DNA of 64,000 nucleotides from Albugo candida (Eukaryota): NCBI GenBank assembly GCA_040437565.1, contig JBDOQK010000033.1, positions 124,001 to 188,000 of the forward strand, read 5' to 3'. Shown piece by piece: positions 60,404 to 64,000 of this stretch (position 1 is its first letter; each line of letters starts with the position of its first letter). The notes under the pieces were generated by a model. It saw only the letters and a program-made list of their open reading frames with translations, ran no database searches and was not told where the DNA came from. The position numbers and the translations under genes were made by a program.

Positions 60404-63241
60404 ATGCAGGCAGTTATCTCTCGTGTGCACAAAATCGTGGCGTCACCGGAGAATGCTGCTCCCGAGCAGGACGCGGCGACATTTAGTCCATTTGACGAAG
60501 ACGGACAGCTCCAATTGCTTGTTCATGAGGACAATGACGTAGCACTACCTGCTACACAGAATGTTGCTCCAGCAGAATCGAATGAAGTACAACGAACGCT
60601 CGCACCCGAGTACGAGCGCATAGTAGATCAATTACAGTTTGCCACCCTATTAAACGAACGTAAATCCGCAGTCACGTTGCTGCAGGATCATCTTAATCAG
60701 GATCAGAATCAGCAAAATCAAGTCAACTTGCTACAGCTAGGACAACGTATCCTGCCTATCCTACTTTACGCTCTCACGTCCGATCCTAGAGATGCGGATT
60801 TAATGGAAACAATTCTGGAAGTTGTACCTCAACTTATCCAGCTTGAACCCAATTTAGTGTGCATACTACTGCAACCACTCATCCGTCCTCCTGAGTCTTC
60901 TGCGACCTCTTTCTCGGATCGCTTGATCGCAGCGGCCGCTGCGGCCGCAGGTGATAGCACAACATCTCAAGCATCTTCCTGGGCATCTTCTCATCTGTCC
61001 AGTCCATCTGGAATCGCATTACTTCTTGAACTGTTGAAAGATTCGTCCTCATGGATTCGAGGACCCGCCCTCAACATCCTCAAAATCGTTCAGGAACGCC
61101 AGCCTGAAGCTTTCCTCACTGCCCTTTTGGATTGCCAAGAAGGCCTTCGAAAGCTCTTGGATATGACACAAGAAACTCGTGAAGATATCCGCTACCTCGT
61201 GCTACAATTACTCGTCAAAGTGACCGATGGTGCAAGTTTTGTTCAGCAATTTATCGCATTTGAGGATGGCTTTCATCGGTTTTTCTCAATCATCACAACT
61301 GAGCTTGGAATTCTCGATGATGACGAGGATGATTATCGCATTGTGATCTCTCCCGTCGTTTCAGATTGCTTGGAAATCATTCGGAATGTCATCCGAGAAA
61401 ATGGGCTCACTCAAAAGCTCTTGCTTCAGACTCAGTACCTCGAAACTGTATTGCCCGAGCTGCTTTGTCCACCCAGTATTGGCGCTATGGATACTAGTCC
61501 TCGTGTCAAAAAAGAGTATGCACAACAGAAACGAGCTCAATTACTCGCTCTACAAATTCTCCGGTTTCTTGTATCTGATTTGTATGAGGGAATCCCGGTC
61601 TCAAAATTGGATGAAATTCAAATCAGAGAACGCGAGAAGAAACATCACGTACGAGCAACTGTCCAGCAGGAAATTGCTGAATCGTCTCGGCTCATGGCTG
61701 CCATCAGTGAGGTCGCTGTCGATAATGGATGGTTCGAGGAAGAACGCATGGGAATGGAATGTCAGCTTCAAGCTTTGGATTTATTGGTTCAAATTACTGA
61801 TAATAATGACCAATTACAGCTTGGAATTGTTCATCTGTATACATTGCGATCGAGAGAGAGTGTTGTTGCCGGACTTTTACGATTAGAGCTTCAGGAAGAA
61901 GAGGATGGGGTCTCAGCAGCCGCTACTGGTTTTCTGGAAACACTTTTCCGCGAGAATGTGAATGTCCGATTGGGTGTTTTGCAGCATATCCACACGATCC
62001 CGCCGTCCGTGGAGCCGACACAGGATTGTGATAAGATACAAGCACCAGGTCGACTACTGCTTGACGCCATGGTGGCGTCTTTTGGCCACAATACGGAAGT
62101 TGACTCAATTGGAAAAAGTGATATTGTCGCATGGAAAGCAATCCATCGTTTCGTTGCATTGATCCAGGATAATTACGACTGCAAGCGGTTGGCTTTACGC
62201 GTCACAGTCGAGGACTCTGCTTTGGCCAATCTCTTTTTCACACAGTGTTTACGATTTATATCCGTTGAAAGCACTCATTCGGATTTTCGATTGCAATTTG
62301 CCGTTCTCAAATTATTAATTCTGTGGAGTATCGAGTGCCCCGACGCCGTTCACGAGATTCTTTGTTCAGCGGCAAATCTTTCCATTTTGGTCAATAACGT
62401 TATTGGCGACTGGAAGCTCCCTCAGCAGCTTTCTGTGCAGCTTCAGAGCCTGTCGGCGTGTTTGCTGGGATGCTGCTTGGAGTACACCAATGGAGCTGAT
62501 ATGTCGAGGAAAGAGCTGTTGACACTGCTGACGCGTCGGATTGGTTTGAATGCTTTCAGTGATTGTCTGGCTCGCATTAGGAGCTCTCTCTATGCGTCCA
62601 AATTCGCTGGGCCGGGCTCTAGTGGATGGGATGCGCTTGATCGGTGGGAGGCATCCGGTCGGGAAGGTGTGTTGCTCGAAAGTGCGCTGATGGACAAAGC
62701 ATTTGCAAGTCGAATCGGAGGGCTTTTGGACTGTGTGGTTCCACGAATGTTGCGCGTATTTTTGGATCCTGGTGAAGATAAATTGTCCAATGAGAATCAT
62801 GTGATCCAGCCGTACCGAGAGCTCATTCGTATGCAAGATAAGGAAATTGGACAGTTGAAAGGAAAGATTCTTGAGATGGAACGAATATGTGGGCACAGAA
62901 GTGATGAAGATGTGAAAGATGGTGGTGAAGGGTCTACACGCACGATGCAGACGCAAGGGATGATAATCGAAGATTTGAGAAGCGCGCTATTGTCACAAGC
63001 GACATTCATGCAACCGCGTACGGACGTCGCCCATCCCGTTGGACTAAAGTTGCCTTGCAAATGTAGTAGGGAGGATGACCTCGCAGTGATGGTGGCGAGT
63101 TTAGCAATACAATGTAAAGCGTTTGCAGAGTATTTGAAGAGAACGAAGGGCGCTGAAGCTGTACAGAACGTATTGGAGGTGTCAAGAAAACGTGGCGCGG
63201 ATGTAAACACATTTCATATTTTGGACGAAGCGTACACGTAG
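60404..63241 (+). CDS. USO1: USO1/p115-like vesicle tethering protein (ARM head plus short coiled coil)
   Basis: IVDQLQFATLLNERKSAV, ETREDIR, QQFIAFEDGF, VVSDCL, LLGCC..RIGLNAF and YRELIRMQD motifs. The ATG is at 60404. Confidence 0.85.
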   Translation: MQAVISRVHKIVASPENAAPEQDAATFSPFDEDGQLQLLVHEDNDVALPATQNVAPAESNEVQRTLAPEYERIVDQLQFATLLNERKSAVTLLQDHLNQDQNQQNQVNLLQLGQRILPILLYALTSDPRDADLMETILEVVPQLIQLEPNLVCILLQPLIRPPESSATSFSDRLIAAAAAAAGDSTTSQASSWASSHLSSPSGIALLLELLKDSSSWIRGPALNILKIVQERQPEAFLTALLDCQEGLRKLLDMTQETREDIRYLVLQLLVKVTDGASFVQQFIAFEDGFHRFFSIITTELGILDDDEDDYRIVISPVVSDCLEIIRNVIRENGLTQKLLLQTQYLETVLPELLCPPSIGAMDTSPRVKKEYAQQKRAQLLALQILRFLVSDLYEGIPVSKLDEIQIREREKKHHVRATVQQEIAESSRLMAAISEVAVDNGWFEEERMGMECQLQALDLLVQITDNNDQLQLGIVHLYTLRSRESVVAGLLRLELQEEEDGVSAAATGFLETLFRENVNVRLGVLQHIHTIPPSVEPTQDCDKIQAPGRLLLDAMVASFGHNTEVDSIGKSDIVAWKAIHRFVALIQDNYDCKRLALRVTVEDSALANLFFTQCLRFISVESTHSDFRLQFAVLKLLILWSIECPDAVHEILCSAANLSILVNNVIGDWKLPQQLSVQLQSLSACLLGCCLEYTNGADMSRKELLTLLTRRIGLNAFSDCLARIRSSLYASKFAGPGSSGWDALDRWEASGREGVLLESALMDKAFASRIGGLLDCVVPRMLRVFLDPGEDKLSNENHVIQPYRELIRMQDKEIGQLKGKILEMERICGHRSDEDVKDGGEGSTRTMQTQGMIIEDLRSALLSQATFMQPRTDVAHPVGLKLPCKCSREDDLAVMVASLAIQCKAFAEYLKRTKGAEAVQNVLEVSRKRGADVNTFHILDEAYT

Positions 63242-64000
63242 CAGCAGTACAATGTGATCAACGTAATGACCATGCCAGCCATAACAATCCAAAAATCCAC
63301 CGCGTCACGACGCTCAATCACCCGCAAAACAGAGTTGGAGAGGCCTAGGCGATTGGCAATGTCGATGACTTTAGTGTGAACACTCTAAATAGGCTAGAGT
63401 CAACATTCAGATGGAAGCAGCCTTGCGTGTACCTTTAGGCGATGGCGCTGGTCCGTGAGATCACCGAGGATACTGTGAGAGAGCGATGTAAGATCGGAAA
63501 CCATTGTGCTAGACCGATGAAGTGATTCTGATTCTTGTGTAGCGTAGCGCGCTATATTCCCGTCCATGAATGACTAGCGTTGTACACATTATTCGGGAAG
63601 GGAAAAGGCTTACGTGACCTACCGTGTGACGACGATTAAGTAATGATTCGCGCTCGTTAAGTTGCACGGCGAGCCGATTGTGACGGAAAATATGTTGTTC
63701 TAATGTCGCTCCTAGTGACTCGGTCTCTTGTTTCAATTGGTGGAGTTTTCTGTAGAACGCCTGTAAGAACCAAATAATAGAAAAAAATGAAAGCAACGTC
63801 TGACTGTAACCATGGTGGCCGTTCCTCAGGTGTGTGGACCTGTATCATCGATTCCAACTGCCATAATAATTGCTGTAATAACGTCAGATTTTGACGCGCT
63901 TCGGTTTGCAGGGTTTCTCCGGATGAACCGGTTTGTGATTCTAAGTAACTCAGTTGGATTTTGAGTTCAAATTGTAGCTTTCGGGCTCGAGGGTACAACG
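63214..64000 (-). CDS. GOSR2: Membrin/GOSR2 (Bos1) Qb-SNARE, 5' end outside the window, at least 4 exons
   Basis: Spliced product ..ERESLL..|..ESESLHRS..ILGDLTDQRHRLK|SVHTKVIDIANRLGLSNSVLRVIERRDAVDFWIVMAGMVITL..SSKI*. Confidence 0.9.

Overview
This is compact, intron-containing eukaryotic DNA from an oomycete, most likely Albugo (white rust). That assignment is inferred from a CCG/CHxC-type secreted effector, INR-FPR-like promoters, short GT-AG introns of about 45-75 nt and very tight gene spacing. There are about 30 protein-coding genes. They include a CCG-like effector, mitochondrial MDH, DDX41, an ICL/PEP-mutase-family lyase, a sphingosine-kinase-like protein, START and FYVE-GRAM-VASt lipid-transfer proteins, cystathionine gamma-synthase, a P5A ATPase, a choline-transporter-like protein, biotin synthase, a Tousled-like kinase, ARV1, NIPA, a TMEM230-like protein, TRAPPC5, eIF3i, a BMT5-ZnF protein, USO1/p115 and membrin. 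Thirteen 100-N gaps are present, and nine have near-identical sequence on both sides, which indicates uncollapsed contig overlaps rather than real duplications. The main observations are: (1) a multi-module CCG effector with three tandem plant-type DLNxxP EAR motifs, an LxLxL motif and an NLS, a candidate TOPLESS recruiter; (2) a tail-to-tail pair of diverged paralogs sharing a C-terminal domain I cannot name, each preceded by an RVxF PP1-docking motif; (3) a small GPI-like protein with the same N-terminal Cys scaffold as the effector; (4) a 28-nt antisense coding overlap between USO1 and its pathway partner membrin; (5) a 3-exon 66-aa membrane microprotein missed by the ORF track; (6) a SAP/ARMET-like insertion in the P5A ATPase.
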